Shown: positions 47,805-63,500 of the stretch, piece by piece
Layout: each line of letters begins with the position of its first letter
Position numbering within the stretch: the stretch's first letter is position 1
NCBI RefSeq assembly: GCF_964204645.1
Contig: NC_134030.1
Span: 6,676,778-6,740,777, forward strand
Direction: 5' to 3'
DNA from: Tubulanus polymorphus
Taxonomy: Eukaryota > Animalia > Nemertea
DNA: 64,000 nucleotides
The notes under the pieces: model-generated
Databases searched by the model: none
What the model saw: only the letters and a program-made list of their open reading frames with translations
Told to the model about the DNA's origin: nothing
Made by a program: the position numbers and the translations under genes

Positions 47805-50800
47805 ATGACGGCGAGTTTTGAATTTACGAGCGATACGGCGACAGATGGGGCTACCACCGCCGGGGAACCGTCAAATATCGACCTCGCCACTATACAACAC
47901 ACGGAGAACTCCGAACTATCGTCTCACCCGGACGTCAACAAATCTCAGTCGGATGTCGATACGTCTTGCGGCATATTTTCGTTTAAACCGGCGTGTATGC
48001 AATCGTGGAACAACGGCAAAATGATTCTAGCCATGTTGTGCGTTTACGGAACGATTCAAGGTAAACAAACATAATAATTGCGGTGTAACTTCTTTTTTCT
48101 CTACCTAGCTCAAATCAGTTATCTTAACATATAATGATAACTCTAAAAATGTCATGTTTTTTGTTTCCTGAAGGATTTGCGTGTATTGGACTGATCGGTG
48201 TAAATATGGCGAGTTTAGAGCGACGTTTTGAACTGTCCAGTTACCAGACAGGATTGATAGCAAGTTCCTATGATATTACGTCAGGATTAGTGGTAGCCTT
48301 TGTCGCTTACTTCAGCAGATTAGGGAATATGCCTCGATGGGTTGGTTTCTCGGCCTGGATGCTGGGTATCGGGTCACTTATCACTGTATTACCTCACGTT
48401 TTTTCTGATCTATATCAACCCGGTCTGAGGGTCGCGGACACATGTCCCGGTAAGGCGATACTTGTTCAGTAGAACTAGTTTTGAACGTAATAAAAATTGA
48501 TTCTCTCGATTACCACCTGAAATGACAATTGCCCACATTAATTTCCAAGTATTCTAAAAATATTCATATCAAGTACTACGAAAATAGCCTCAGGCGATTA
48601 AACTATAGAATAATTTACATAGAAAATATTACACAGACACTACGTACATTATATAGAATATAGTTTAGAGAGATTTTTTTCAAACAAGAAATGACTAAGA
48701 ATTTTTTTCGATGAACGATTTCAACACAGTGGAGTTGGTTTTCCCCAATCATCCTATTCCTATTATGTCCATGCCTAATAAGTAATTGCGAAATTAAGAC
48801 ATTAACGTTGATTTTACTAAACAATGATGTTTCATTAAAGTGATAATAGTATTTTTCCCGTTTACGTCGTGTTTCAGCGGGTCAATCAATCTGTATCTCC
48901 AACAGTAATCTCCAGAATTATATGTACGTATTCATATTGGGGCAGATATTTTTGGGTATCGGAGGAACGACGCTTTATACTACAGGTGTCATCTACTTGG
49001 ACGAAAATGTTTCCACGAACACACTGCCGCTTTATTACGGTAATCATGAAATCCGGTTTCTTACATACATCACCGCATTTATATTTTGTCATTTTACTCT
49101 ACTGTTGATCAATCATGCGTGTTGTTCGTGTGTTTATAGGCATATTTGAAGCATTTACCGCTATTGGTCCGGCTTTAGGATTCATTGTCGGTGGTTTATT
49201 TCTAGACTTCTACGTAGATTTCGACAAAATCGACGCAAAAAGGTCGCCAGAAAAAATAAACACGTGAACGCATCATCAATTCTTGATGCAATGAATTCAT
49301 ATATAATATTATGTGCGGTATATTTTTTTGTCTGCATATTATAGTTTAGATATGACACCCGAAGATCCAAGGTGGGTTGGTGCTTGGTGGTTAGGATTTA
49401 TACTGTGTACAGTAATGGCGTTTTTAAGTGGTATTACTTTCTTCTGCTTTGGTCGTGAATCGCCAAGTAAGGGAAAATTATTTCAATCAAAGAACGATTG
49501 AAAGTGCATCATCAATTTTCTAATTTGCTCAATTTTGAATTGAATTCATTTGATATTTTTTTCTATCTTATATAATTTTAGAAGCGAAGATTTATCGTGA
49601 AAATAGAATATCTCAGGTTCATCAAGATGGATCAGATGAAATTTTCGCATTAACGGATTTTGGTACGAATTTAAAAGATCTTCCAAAGGTATAACCGAGC
49701 TCGGAAGTATAGCAGTTTATCATTTTCTATTTCCCCTACTTTTTCATAAAAGCTCTTATATCATTGTTCATTAAGGTTACTTGGATACTGCTGAAGAACC
49801 CGTCATTTATGCTGATTACACTTGGTTCGTCTGCACTGGGACTTCTGGTGTCTGGATTCGGCACATTCATTGCCAAATACATAGAAAATCAGCTTTACCA
49901 AACATCTTCACACGCCGCCCTTTTAGCAGGTTATTAGCAAAAATCGATGCCGTATGGCTTCCAATGATCAGTATAGGCCTCTAAACATCGCCGTGTTATT
50001 CACTTGGTTTCTATATTTGCTATTATTTGTCGCTAGGTGGCGTTTTAATCCCCGGGGCTGCTGGCGGTCTATTTATCGGTGGTTTGATAGTAAATAAGAT
50101 GAAATTGAAAGTTCGGGGCATGGTGAAATTGAGCATATTGAGTTTGGTGTTCGCAATAGCCGCTAACGGAGTATTATTTGCGCGATGCGACGCTCCAAAA
50201 ATGGCTGGCATCAACTCAGGATATAACAAGAGGTATGATGTCAAAAAGGAGCGTGAATTCGATAAGAAATTTCTCATTTTACTTGTTCCCGAAAATTGGA
50301 CGATGAACTCATCTTCGACACTAACTCTATATTCAGATCATTAAACGGTGTATCACTTGCAGCTCCCTGTAATGAGGTCTGTAGATGTAGTACTGCCAGC
50401 AGAACTCCGGTCTGCGGCTCAGACGGTGTCGAATACTTTTCTGCCTGTCACGCTGGCTGTGTTAGCTCCGTAAATGTAAACGCCGATACTAAAGTAAGAA
50501 TCCCAACTTACGCCAACGTAAGCCATTATTACAACACTAGGTTCCATATATTTCATAAGACATGGAAAATTCGTAATTTGAGAGATTTTCTATAGAATAT
50601 TCTGTCCGGAAATTTACGTGAAATACATCTGATATTGTGTCGATATAATAGATATTTTGTTTGACAGTTATACACGAATTGTACATGTGTCGGAGATACT
50701 GTCAGCAGCAACGAGGAGTTATATCAGAATCGAACGTCTTCAGCTCGAGTTGGGTTGTGTGATACCGACTGTGGACACATTCTTCCCGTATTTCTCGTCT

Positions 50801-51025
50801 TTCTTATAGTCGTCGTATTTCTCATTCTACTGCCAGCGCCACCTGCCGTCAGCGCAACGCTAAGGTACGAGATTTTCTCACACTCATTCAAAAAAGCGAT
50901 TTTTCATTTTCAAACGGTTGACCACGCGCGATTAACGATAAAAATCATCGATTCTTACAGGTGTGTGCCGGACAACGCTAAATCATATGCTCTCGGTATC
51001 CAGTGGGTATTCATACGATTTCTAG
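47805..51025 (+). CDS. Organic anion transporting polypeptide (OATP/SLCO family, SLCO4-like); 3' end not found in the window
   Basis: Exons 47797-48060, 48174-48449, 48878-49039, 49140-49242, 49345-49466, 49582-49689, 49776-49929, 50037-50232, 50337-50493, 50668-50864, 50961-51025. Motifs LERRFELSSYQTGLIASSYDI, GVIYLDENV, the OATP signature DPRWVGAWWLGF, LLKNP, Kazal-like CNEVCRCS..PVCGSDGVEYFSACHAGC and LRCVP..KSYALGIQW.FIRFL. A probable non-coding first exon ends at 46574 (CAG|GTAAG). Confidence 0.93.
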
Positions 51026-51369
51026 GTAATTCTGATTTCTCTCAGCCACATTTTCACTTATCAGATTAGATTTATAAACGATTCGTTATCCTATCCGAAA
51101 ACCGAATTACGATCGCTTCTTTTCAAACCTGGTGCGCGTGCCAGAAAACGGTAAATTGCGTATTAAATAAAAGTCTGTCAGAATTTTCACAATATACGCC
51201 CATGCATTAATCAGGCCTCAGATCCCACGCAAAAACCAAATCGAAGATGAATATCATGTTTTTATCGTCGATTTAGTTCGAGTTATCATCTACACAGTCG
51301 CGTGTTACCGCTGATCCCAAGACGAGATGATCGGGTCGTACGTCGACCTGAGATTAGCTTTACTATGCT

Positions 51370-51856
<487 letters not shown>

Positions 51857-54800
51857 ACATTACCCGAGATACGCGCCTGCATCTTAAAACCGACATAGGG
51901 GGTTTTGATTTAAGGCCCAGTTATGCGTCGTATACATATATATACATATATGACGCATTCTCGAATATGACCCATTTCAAAATGGCGCAAGGATATCACT
52001 ATCACTGACGCGGAGGGCTATACTTGAAGATCGCATCAGTATTCATTTCCGACAAGATTTAACAGAAATTAGCCAAAATTCAGTACAATGATAATATTAA
52101 ATTATTTTTTCATTTTACTACATTACAAAATTATTTTCACAATCAAAATATGTTTTATTTATCGGTTTTATGTGTTTTTAAAGAAGACTTCGAGATTTTC
52201 GTGGTGGTTTAAATTGAGGGCCCGACTTTCTCTGTGATCAGTGAAGCAAGGGCTTTATGCTTGACATTCACGGTCTTGTTAGTTAACCGAAGTAATAGTA
52301 GACATTTCCGATTGAATCACACGTAGACGTAGCGCATTCGTCTAGATAATATTGGCTTGTGCGATAAGTGATGTTGTAACATATTCAACGAAAACATTCT
52401 ACATGATCTACTCAAAAGAAGACTTCAATCCATTCGGAATACGCAGATGTACCAGCATACACGTGAAAACGAATACGAAAGAAAGTATGATAATTATTTC
52501 TGCACTTCGATTTCATAGACATGGACATCTTTTATGTACTTGCATTTCCGATTTCAAAATTCAAATCCCTTGTTTATCTTCTGGCGTGTAGTGGATATCA
52601 AAAGGGATGCAGCCAATACATGAACCACCTGTTCTATTTCATATTTTCAGCTTCATGATATTTTGATCTTAAAATGGGGATTCATCCTGTTATTCATTTG
52701 ATTGGTAGATATCATTTGATTTGTTGGATTTGGTGTCCCTTACAAACCTACCAAGGTTTGATTTTGATATCGGTTGTTGTGTGATTGTGTCGGGCAATTT
52801 TGAGATTGAAAGTTGATTAACTATATATTTATCTCACGCCTATACGGCCTACCAAGGTTGAACTCAAGCGTTAGTCGAAAACTCACGCCCCCATGTACTT
52901 TACGGTAAATGATCGCAAAAAAGTTCCGTCATGTTTGGAAACAGGTATCATTTCTAGCCTAAAATAAGACATGAATCATAAAATGTGGCCAACATGGGGT
53001 GTACTGCAGAATAGCATGATTATTGCTTCTTTTGCTCTACATATTCCTTATAACAAATGTTCTTCTAGTAAAACAATACAACTAAAACAGGTATGCAGAT
53101 CTTCCTGCTCAATTATAATTGTTCACAGACCTAAGTTTGTCCATTTGAAAAAAAAATATAGAATATTTATGCTTAAATTGAATATCTTCAAAAGCGAAAA
53201 TCCATTGATGATTATAGGACTCCTGAACTGACCCACAGTCAAGTGTATATGTATATATATATATTTAAATATATATATGAGCATGAATAATATACAGAAA
53301 TCATGTCAGTTCACTCAAGGTGAATACCGGTATACACAATGATTCCTAGAACATAATTATCCATTTGAGTGCAACACTTTTTCACAAGAATTTCTCCAAA
53401 AATTAAAGAAAATCCATTTGGGTAAAAAAACCAATGGCTCCTAGTATATAATGACGCACGGAAACATATCTGTTCATGCTCAAAAATGTATAAATAGGTA
53501 GATCTATCCTCAGAACCGGAATCTCTCGTCGAAGTTAACTGAAAAACAAGTTTGAGACCTAACTGTTCGCCAATATACAACTTCTAATTATAATAATTAA
53601 TGGGTCCTTAGGTAGAGTAAGTATAACTCGATCAGCGATAGATTCATAAAGGAATTTCTTTACGGTAGGAAATGAAAATGTTTTATGAGAGCCAGCGTCG
53701 TTTATCTATCACGTGATCTAACACGTGTCTTATCACTTGTTGAACTCCGCCCACTGAGTAACCTCGTGGCGATTAAGTCCGTCTGAGTTTCCTAGACGCA
53801 TACGTTTTATTTCAATCGTGGCAGTTAGAATTGTGGTCCTCGATCATTCGTTTATACACAGGCTAATAGTACTAATCCTTTCCTAATTAAGGATTCGAAT
53901 CCAATCGCGTTGACATACAGTTCTTGGTTTTCGTGGCGCAACTATTTTGCCCGGTCGATCATCCATTCAAGAGATGTCTGCCATCTGACATCGATTATGA
54001 TGTGGCTTTTATTCATATTGGCTGTAACGGCAAACCTAGTTCTGTGTTTTATCCTCACGGAGCAAGGGGTATCATAAATGTATGTTTGTTTTAAGTTTGT
54101 GAAAGGCCGATTTACATATAAATTTCATTCTAAAAAAAGTACAATTGGATAATAATAATCGGCCATAATCCATCACAATAACGACGGATCGTTCTGAGCA
54201 GGTATATTAGGTATTTGATCAACCTGAACTAAAGTCTGATTTCCCGCAGATGCAATTTACCGACAAAATCGGCAATCCCCAAGGATGGTGTTAAATCGAT
54301 GTATGACTGTATGTTAATTTGATATGAGTATATAATAAATGACTCTCACAATCAAATGACTCGTTGTATAACTAATATGTATATACATACATTTTTACCC
54401 CAACGTCAGCCAATTTTGAAATGAGTATCTTATTATTCAAAGCCTATTCAAGATGAGTATATCAAATAACTGATCACATAGGATGACTCGTGATCTAGTA
54501 TGAGTACACTAAATAAGTACACTTAACTCGTACTACACTGACTCCTAACATTGAATGACACGTTGTATATGTAACAGGCCTACTTATACATATTTTCCCC
54601 AAAAACCAACATAAACCTAATTGGATTGAGTATATAACGTATAAAACGACTCAGGATCACTCGTCGTATATCTGCTACATATATTTCTCCCATATTCATC
54701 ATTGGCAAACTTGACCCACGTTCATCCATGGATGTATAAACTAGCGGGGTCGACCTTTACGCTCAGCAAACGGAAAAACAAGGTATCACCTTTTTAGCCC

Positions 54801-57599
54801 AAGGTGAGCCAATTGATGAGTAGATTTAATGAATCTTCGCACAGGGTATACCTACTATATATAAATCTCCCCGAGCCCGCGTCAGTCTATTTGAAATGTA
54901 TCTATATCAATTTGAAGTGTCTATATCTAAACTATAAGAGACAAACAGCGAAACATTGTCACGGGTTGACGTCGTCTGTGCGCTTTGGTTGGTGAAGGAC
55001 CGGTGTTAAAATATCCATGAAATACCCGACAATGTGTTATCCAGTTTCTCCCGTCCAGTACAGGGGTTCACAAAATATCTTAGGAAAATGGACTCAAATG
55101 TTTTTCCAATAAATTACTTCGATTTAAAAGAAACATAAAAAGTAAATTCATCCAAATCAAGTGAAATCTTCAAATCAAATAAATGGGACCATATTTTATA
55201 GCAAAATAATCAACTTAACTCAATCATGATATAACACAGGACGGGTACATAGCTTGGCCGCGTGTATGTCTAGGGTAGCATTTTGCCGATACGATAATAG
55301 ATATATTTATTGACCGTATAAAATGACTGCGTTTTGTCACTACGCGCAAGCTGATTAAAAAACATTTACACAAAGATTTGGTGAGCGTCGGCTGTTGCTT
55401 GGTTACAGTATAGTGTGCTTGACCAGACACAGGGTGGTGACCCAAAGTCACCTCGTGCCAGTCACACAGACCAGGACTGAAATTGGTAAATCTCCGACCG
55501 CTTGGTTTAAACAGTGATTTTATTATCTACACATTACTATATATAATATAATAGATAAAATGATAAAGTATGGTGTTTGGCGGGCAACGAAAGACCAATG
55601 AGATTACTAGAATGAAATGTACATACTCATATGTAGTATGAGTATGACTCTTTGCAATATGTCTGGCCAGCACAAGCTCGCAATATCAGATAAATATGGT
55701 ATATCACGAGAGTATGCGCGACACTGACTAAGAATATAATGGGGATTGCTGTATCTATCTTCGCACTGTTGAAATGAGTATTAAATGACTCCTAGCATAG
55801 ATATACTCCTTGTGTTTTACTTTAAATTGTGGCTAACACATATCGTCAGCCAATTTAAGGCATATTAAATGGCTTATAGTTTAGAATGACTCTACCCCAG
55901 CGTATTTGGTATGAGTACCGGTATTTAAGATGGGTAGGATAGGACGACCCATATAGTTCATACATATTTTCTCCAACCAACGTCAGCCTGATGGAATCTT
56001 CTCAAACATATATTGGTAGTTTCGCTTATGTCACCTGCATCATTCGCTTGAAATCTTTGTCGGATACTGGAGATTGAGGGTCTCGGATAAGCTCCTTAAT
56101 AACACATGGTAGTGGGGCCTTAAGTACGGTAACGTCCATAGTATGTTGCCAGAAGTCAGTCAATCCTTGCTATACATGCTCATGCTTTACGCTGCTATCA
56201 AGTTGAGTATTGGTAGGGAGTGGATAAACTTTGGGATAGATCTGCACACATCCTTTAGGAAATCCTTCTACACTGCCTGATGCTTCATTTTAAAATTATT
56301 GATCGATAAAACTATTAGACTTATATCACGAGTTATGGTGGAAACAGCATGTTTATTTTTATTTATATATAATTAAGTGTACATGTCTTCAAGTACAATT
56401 AGAAAAAATATTTTCAATTACAAACATAATATGTGATCGTGTGACTGGTGCAACTTGGTGATGGTGCTTTGTTCGATACTCATTGAAAATTCCAACCTAT
56501 GACCTCATATTTCGCGAGCATATGAGATCCTTCGATTACCATTTGTCTTAAAATCTTACCGTTCAGAGTATGCATACAGAAGCTAGTTATATTTATTTAA
56601 CTTTGCCAAACACATAAGTCAGAGTGGAGTCAGTAACTCAAATGTTCGATAAAGATAAATGGCAGACAGATACCGTAGTAACAATGAACTTTCAATTGTT
56701 ACCGTGTCAACTATCTACTGGTTTGCCCTAACCAACTTTTGATTAACTGACCCCAGATTACAAAGTACATTAATTCTGATTATATATTTTAAACACATTA
56801 CACAGGTGGTCCAACTTAACCCTTGTGATAATCTATAAAATATTATTAACCATTATCTCTTAACTTCTTCAGAATTACAGAGCAAATAGCAGAATAAACA
56901 TTACAGTCATAATTTCCGCAATAATAAATGGGTTCAAGTCTTTGTGTAAGTGTATTCATCCAAAAGAGATACATTCATGAAAGGTATATAGTATGAAAAA
57001 CAAGGGGTCCAGACACTGCCCAATCAAGAAGATTCCAATTGCAATCTGACAATTTTATATGCAACACCCCAGATGAACATACACTGAACTAATCTTTTGC
57101 CACTGTAAACCACCAAACATTTAACACAATATGGTAAAATTGTTTAACCGCAAAACAACTAAACATTAAAGGAATTATGAATGAACAATCTTAAAGTGAG
57201 TAAATTAGCTATATGACATAATCACAACATGATCAACAGTCCGAGTGTATCAAAACAAATGACATTCTGCATGATAATGGACAACATTCTAAAGGTTGTG
57301 TAAACAGAATAGAAGTTGGACAAAGTAGCCTCTGCTCGATATAATTTCAAAAAGGTCCATAAAACGCGTTTCTTCGGTTTTGCTCCATCACTTCTTCCCT
57401 AGAAAAAAATATGATAATTTCAAATATGAGTATGACAAAATGAAGCCCATTCAATTTTAATACGCATTGTACTTTTCCAAAGAAAAACAATTTTCTGATG
57501 TAGCAGCACACATCTGGGAGTCGTATTCAAATGTTTCGATATCGGCAATAATTGAAGGAATGAACAACAATATGTTGATTTTAGGGATTATCAGGATGA

Positions 57600-60500
57600 T
57601 CACCATGTGAATCATTCAATAGTACGGGTCATTTTCATGTACTCCTCCCAAATGTACAACTCAAATAGACTGAGGTTGTAATTTAAGAAATTAAACTTAT
57701 ATAGGAATACTGTATATATTGAGAATAATTCTATAGTAAGGGTCATTTTATACACTCATTTCAAATGGAATGAATTTGGTTTATGGAAAGTAATACACGT
57801 AAAAACTAAACCGTGAAGTAGGGATCAGTTCTATAGTAAGGGTCATTTTTATATGTTTTATATACTACGTGAAGTAGGGGTCAGTTGATTAATAATCATC
57901 TCAAAAGGACTGACTTGGTTTTAAATAGTAATATTCATGTAGAAATACTACACTTGGAATTATTTTATAGTAGGGGTCATTTTTATATACAATGTTTACT
58001 CATACCAACTTTGGTTCTTGAAGAGTAATATTTCTATAGGAATACTTTACTGCCAGTCGTTCTACATTAAGGTACATAATTTATATAGAAATATTGTGAA
58101 TCATTATACGGAAGGGTTTATGTGTAGAAACAAAAGCCAGTGAATATTACCATTTTGTGACTTAAAATCACCTGCTTAGCCCAGGCTCATGATAGCTGGT
58201 GAATCGGTGACAATCTTCTGGTCAAAAATGGGAAGTAGTACGTAAATGGTCAATATCCAATTGGTAAATAAAATGAGGGCTCAATAAGGATACTGTAATG
58301 ACTTACCAATTTCTTTACTGACACTTTTTACTTCAAATTTACATCTCGAAAATAAAGGCAAATCCTTAGTCCAAACTATTCGTTTCGATCTCCTCCTTGA
58401 TGTTCACTTTAAAAATAACCAAATTACAGATTAGGCACAGGCCTAAATGATAAGAATTTACAAAGAAAATAACAAAATTGCATAGACTGGGGCATCAATG
58501 TCCTAAATGTGTTGACTGAATTTGCTGCTTGAAGATCCCTATTTATACAGAAATACTATATTTACATTTATTCTATACAAGGTGTCACCTTTATGTGCTC
58601 ATCACAAACAGACTGACTTAGGTATTTTAAGATACCATGGCACGCTTTATTGTGAATTATTCTAGACGGAGGTTGTTTTTCTGCAATCATCTCCTTTGAG
58701 ATGACTCTGGTTCTCGAAGATTAATGTTTAACACTATTCTCTGGATCATATTATTCTAAGGGTCATTTTTATATAATCATCTCGATTAAACTGACTGTGG
58801 TTTTTGGAAATAACATATATTGAGAATGACTATTCTGCGAGTCATTCCACACAATGTGTCATTGCATATTCTTCTCAAATAAAGTGACCCCGGTTATGGT
58901 AATTAATTTTTGCACACTTGACTGAGATTCAATCTATCGTAGGAGCCATTTTTATACTCATCTGAAATAGACTGACTTTGATTTTGAAGATAAATATTTA
59001 TACACTATTCTGAAATTAATTCTATGGTAGGACACATCCTTATACTTATCTCAAATAGACTGACTTTGGTTTTTGGTGATTAATATTCGCACACTTTACT
59101 GAGATTCAATCTACAGGAGGAGTAGTTTTTATATTCATCTCAAATAGACTGTTTTCTTTAAAGGTTGTAACTTATACACTATAGGCCTAATTGAATTCAT
59201 TCTATGGAAGGACACATTCTTATACAACTTATCTTCTTATACTATCTCAAATAGGTCTAGATTGACTTTGGTTTTTGATGATCAATATTTATACACTACA
59301 GCTACAGTTTATCTCAAATAGACTGGTTTTTGGATTAATATTTATACAGTAATACTGTATAGTATTTTTCATACTGTATGAAAAAGACTTAGGAGTCGTT
59401 TTAACACTTATCACAAACAAACTGACTTAGGTATTTGAAGATACCATGGCACGCTTTATTGTGAATTATTCTAGAAGGAGGTTGTTTTTCTGCAATCATC
59501 TCCTTTGAGATGACTGGTTCTCGAAGATTTATGTTTAACACTATTCTCTGGATCATATTATTCTAAGGGTCATTTTTTTATATAATCATCTCAATTGAAC
59601 TGAGGTTTTTGGTAATCAATATTCACACACTTTACTGAGATTCAATCAATAATTGAATTCATTCTATGCTAGGACACATTCTCATACATATCTCAAATAG
59701 GTCTAGATTGACTTCGGTTTTTGATGATTGATACTTATACAGCATGAAAAAGACTTAATCGATAGGAGTCGTTTTTACATTTATCTCAAATAGACTGACT
59801 TTGGTTCTAAAGATAAATATTTATACACAATACTGAAATTAATTAATTCTATGATTGGACACATTCTTATACTAATCTCAAATAGACTGTTTCTTTAAAG
59901 ATTATAACTTATACACTATAATTGAATCCATTCCATGGTAGGACACATTCTTATACTTATCTTATATAGGCCTAAATTGACTTTGGCTTTAGATAATTAA
60001 TATTTATACACTATAAAAAAGACTTAATCCATAGTAGGAGTCGTTTCTATACTCAACTCAAATAAACTGACTTTTGTTTTTGATGATTAATATTTATACA
60101 CAATAAAAAGGCTTAATCGATAGTAGTAGTCATTTCTATACTCATCTCAAATAAACTGATTTTTGTTTTTGATAACTTATATTTATACACTTTTAAAAAG
60201 ACTTATAGAAGTAGTCACTTCTATAATCATCTCAAATAAACTGACTGGTTATTGATAAATAACGTTTATACACTATAAAAATTGCTTAATGTATAGTAGG
60301 AGTCATTTCTATACTCATCTCAAATAAACTGACCGTTGGTTTTTGATAACTGATATTTATACACTATAAAAAAGCTCAATCTATAATAGGAGTCGTTTCT
60401 ATACTCATCTCACATAGACTGATTTTCATTTTTGATGACTTAGGCCTAAAGTTATACACTATAAAAAGCTTAATCTATAGTAGGAGTTGTTTCTATACTC

Positions 60501-63500
60501 ATGTCGAATACGCTGATTTGGTTTTTTATTACAAATAGTTATACACTATAATAAGGCTTAATCTATAGTTGGAGTTGTTTCTATACTCATCTGAAATAAA
60601 CTGACTTTAGTTTTTGATGACTAATAGACACAATAAAGAGGCTTAATCTATAATAGTAGTTGTTTCTATACTCATCTTAAATAAACTGACTGTTGGTTTT
60701 TGATAATCCATATTCAACACTATAATCAAGCTTAATCTATAGTAGGAAATGTTTCCATACTCATCTGAAATAAACTGTCTTTGGTTTTTGATAATTAGTA
60801 TTCATTAACTATACAAAAGACTTAATCTATGGAAGCAGTCGTTTCTATACTTATCTCAAATAAACTGACTGTTGGTTTTTTGATGTCTAATAGACACAAT
60901 AAAGAGGCTTAATCTATAGGAGTAGTTGTTTCTATTATCATCTCAAATAAACTGACTTGGTTTTCAATAATTAATATTTATATGCTATAAAAAAGCTTAA
61001 TCTATAGAAAGAAGCGTTCCTATACTCATGTCAAATACACTGATTTGGTTATTGATGACAAATAGTTATACTCTATAAAAAGGCTTAATCTATTGAAGAA
61101 GTTGTTTCTATACATATCTCAAATAAACTGACTGCTGGTTTTGATAACTAATATTTATTCACTATAAAAATTCTTAATCTATAGTAGGAGTCATTTCTAT
61201 TCTCATCTCAAATAGACTGATTTTGGTTTTTGATAATTAATACTTATACACTATTAAAAGACTTAATCTATAGTAGGAGTTGTTTCTATACTCATCTCAA
61301 ATATACTGACTATGGCTTTTATAATTAATACTTATAGACTATAAAAAGGCTTAATCTATAGTAGGAGTTGTTTCTATACATATCTCAAATAAACTGACTA
61401 CTGGTTTTGATAACTAATATTTATACACTTTAAAAAAGCTTAATCTATAGTAAGAGTCGTTTCTATACTCATGTAAAATACACGGATTTGGTTTTTGATG
61501 ACAAACAGTTATACACTATAAAAGGGCTTAATCTATAGTAGAAGTTGTTTCTATACATATCTCAAATAAACTGACTGCTGGTTTTGATAACTAATATTTA
61601 TACACTATAAAAAAGCTTAATCTATAGTAGGAGTCGTTTCTATACTCATCTCAAATAGACTGATTTTGGTTTTTGATAATTAATACTTATACACTATTTC
61701 TATACATATCTCAAATAAACTGACTACTGGTTTTGATAACTAATATTTATACACTTAAAGCTTAATCTATAGTAAGAGTCGTTTCTATACTCATCTCAAA
61801 TTGACTGATTTAGGTTTTTGATAATTAATACTTATACACCATAAAAAGGCTTAATCTATAGAAGAAGTTGTTTCTATACTCATCACAAATAAACTGACTT
61901 TAGTTTATGATGACTAATAGACACAATGAAAAAGCTTACATCTCAAATAAACTGACTGTTGGTTTTCGAAAAATTAATATTTATACACTATCAAAAAAGC
62001 TTAATCTATAGAAAGAGTCATTCCTTTACTCTTGTAAAATACACGGATTTGGTTTTTGATGACAAACAGTTATACACTATAAAAAGGCTTAATCTATAGT
62101 AGGAGTTGTTTCTATACTCATCTCAAATAAACTGACTATGGCTTTTTATAATTAATACCTATACACTATAAAAAGGCTTAATCTATAGTAGGAGTTGTTT
62201 CTATACATATCTCAAATAAACTGACTACTGGTTTTGATAACTAATATTTATACACTTTAAAAAAGCTTAATCTATAGTAAGAGTCGTTTCTATACTCATC
62301 TCAAATTGACTGATTTAGGTTTTTGATAATTAATACTTATACACCATAAAAAGGCTTAATCTATAGAAGAAGTTGTTTCTATACTCATCACAAATAAACT
62401 GACTTTAGTTTATGGTGACTAATCGACACAATGAAAAAGCTTACATCTCAAATAAACTGACTGTTGGTTTTTCGAAAATTAATATTTATACACTATAAAA
62501 AAGCTTAATCTATAGAAAGAGTCATTCCTATACTCATGTAAAATACACGGATTTGGTTTTTGATGACAAACAGTTATACACTATAAAAAGGCTTAATCTA
62601 TAGTAGAAGTTGTTTCTATACATATCTCAAATAAACTGACTGCTGGTTTTGATAACTAATATCTATACACTATAAAAAGCTTAATCTATAGTGGGAGTCA
62701 TTTCTATTCTCATCTCAAATAGACTGATTTTGGTTTTTGATAATTAATACTTATACACTATTAAAAGACTTAATCTATAGTAGGAGTTGTTTCTATACTC
62801 ATCTCAAATAAACTGACTATGGCTTTTTATAATTAATACTTATACACTTTAAAAAGGCTTAATCTATAGTAGGAGTTGTTTCTATACATATCTCAAATAA
62901 ACTGACTACTGGTTTTGATAACTAATATTTATACACTTTAAAAAAGCTTAATCTATAGTAAGAGTCGTTCCTATACTCATCTCAAATTGACTGATTTAGG
63001 TTTTTGATAATTAATACTTATACACCATAAAAAGGCTTAATCTATAGAAGAAATTGTTTCTATACTCATCACAAATAAACTGACTTTAGTTTATGATGAC
63101 TAATAGACACAATGAAAAAGCTTACATCTCAAATAAACTGACTGTTGGTTTTCGAAAAATTAATATTTATACACTATCAAAAATGCTTAATCTATAGAAA
63201 GAGTCATTCCTTTACTCTTGTAAAATACACGGATTTGGTTTTTGATGACACACAGTTATACACTATAAAAAGGCTTAATCTATAGTACAAGTTGTTTCTA
63301 TACATATCTCAAATAAACTGACTGCTGGTTTTGATGACTAATACTTATACACTATAAAAAGGCTTAACCTATAGTAGGAGTCATTTCTATTCTCATCTCA
63401 AATAGACTGATTTTGGTTTTTGATAATTAATACTTATACACATTAAAAGACTTAATCTATAATAGGAGTTGTTTCTATACTCATCTCAAATAATCTGACT

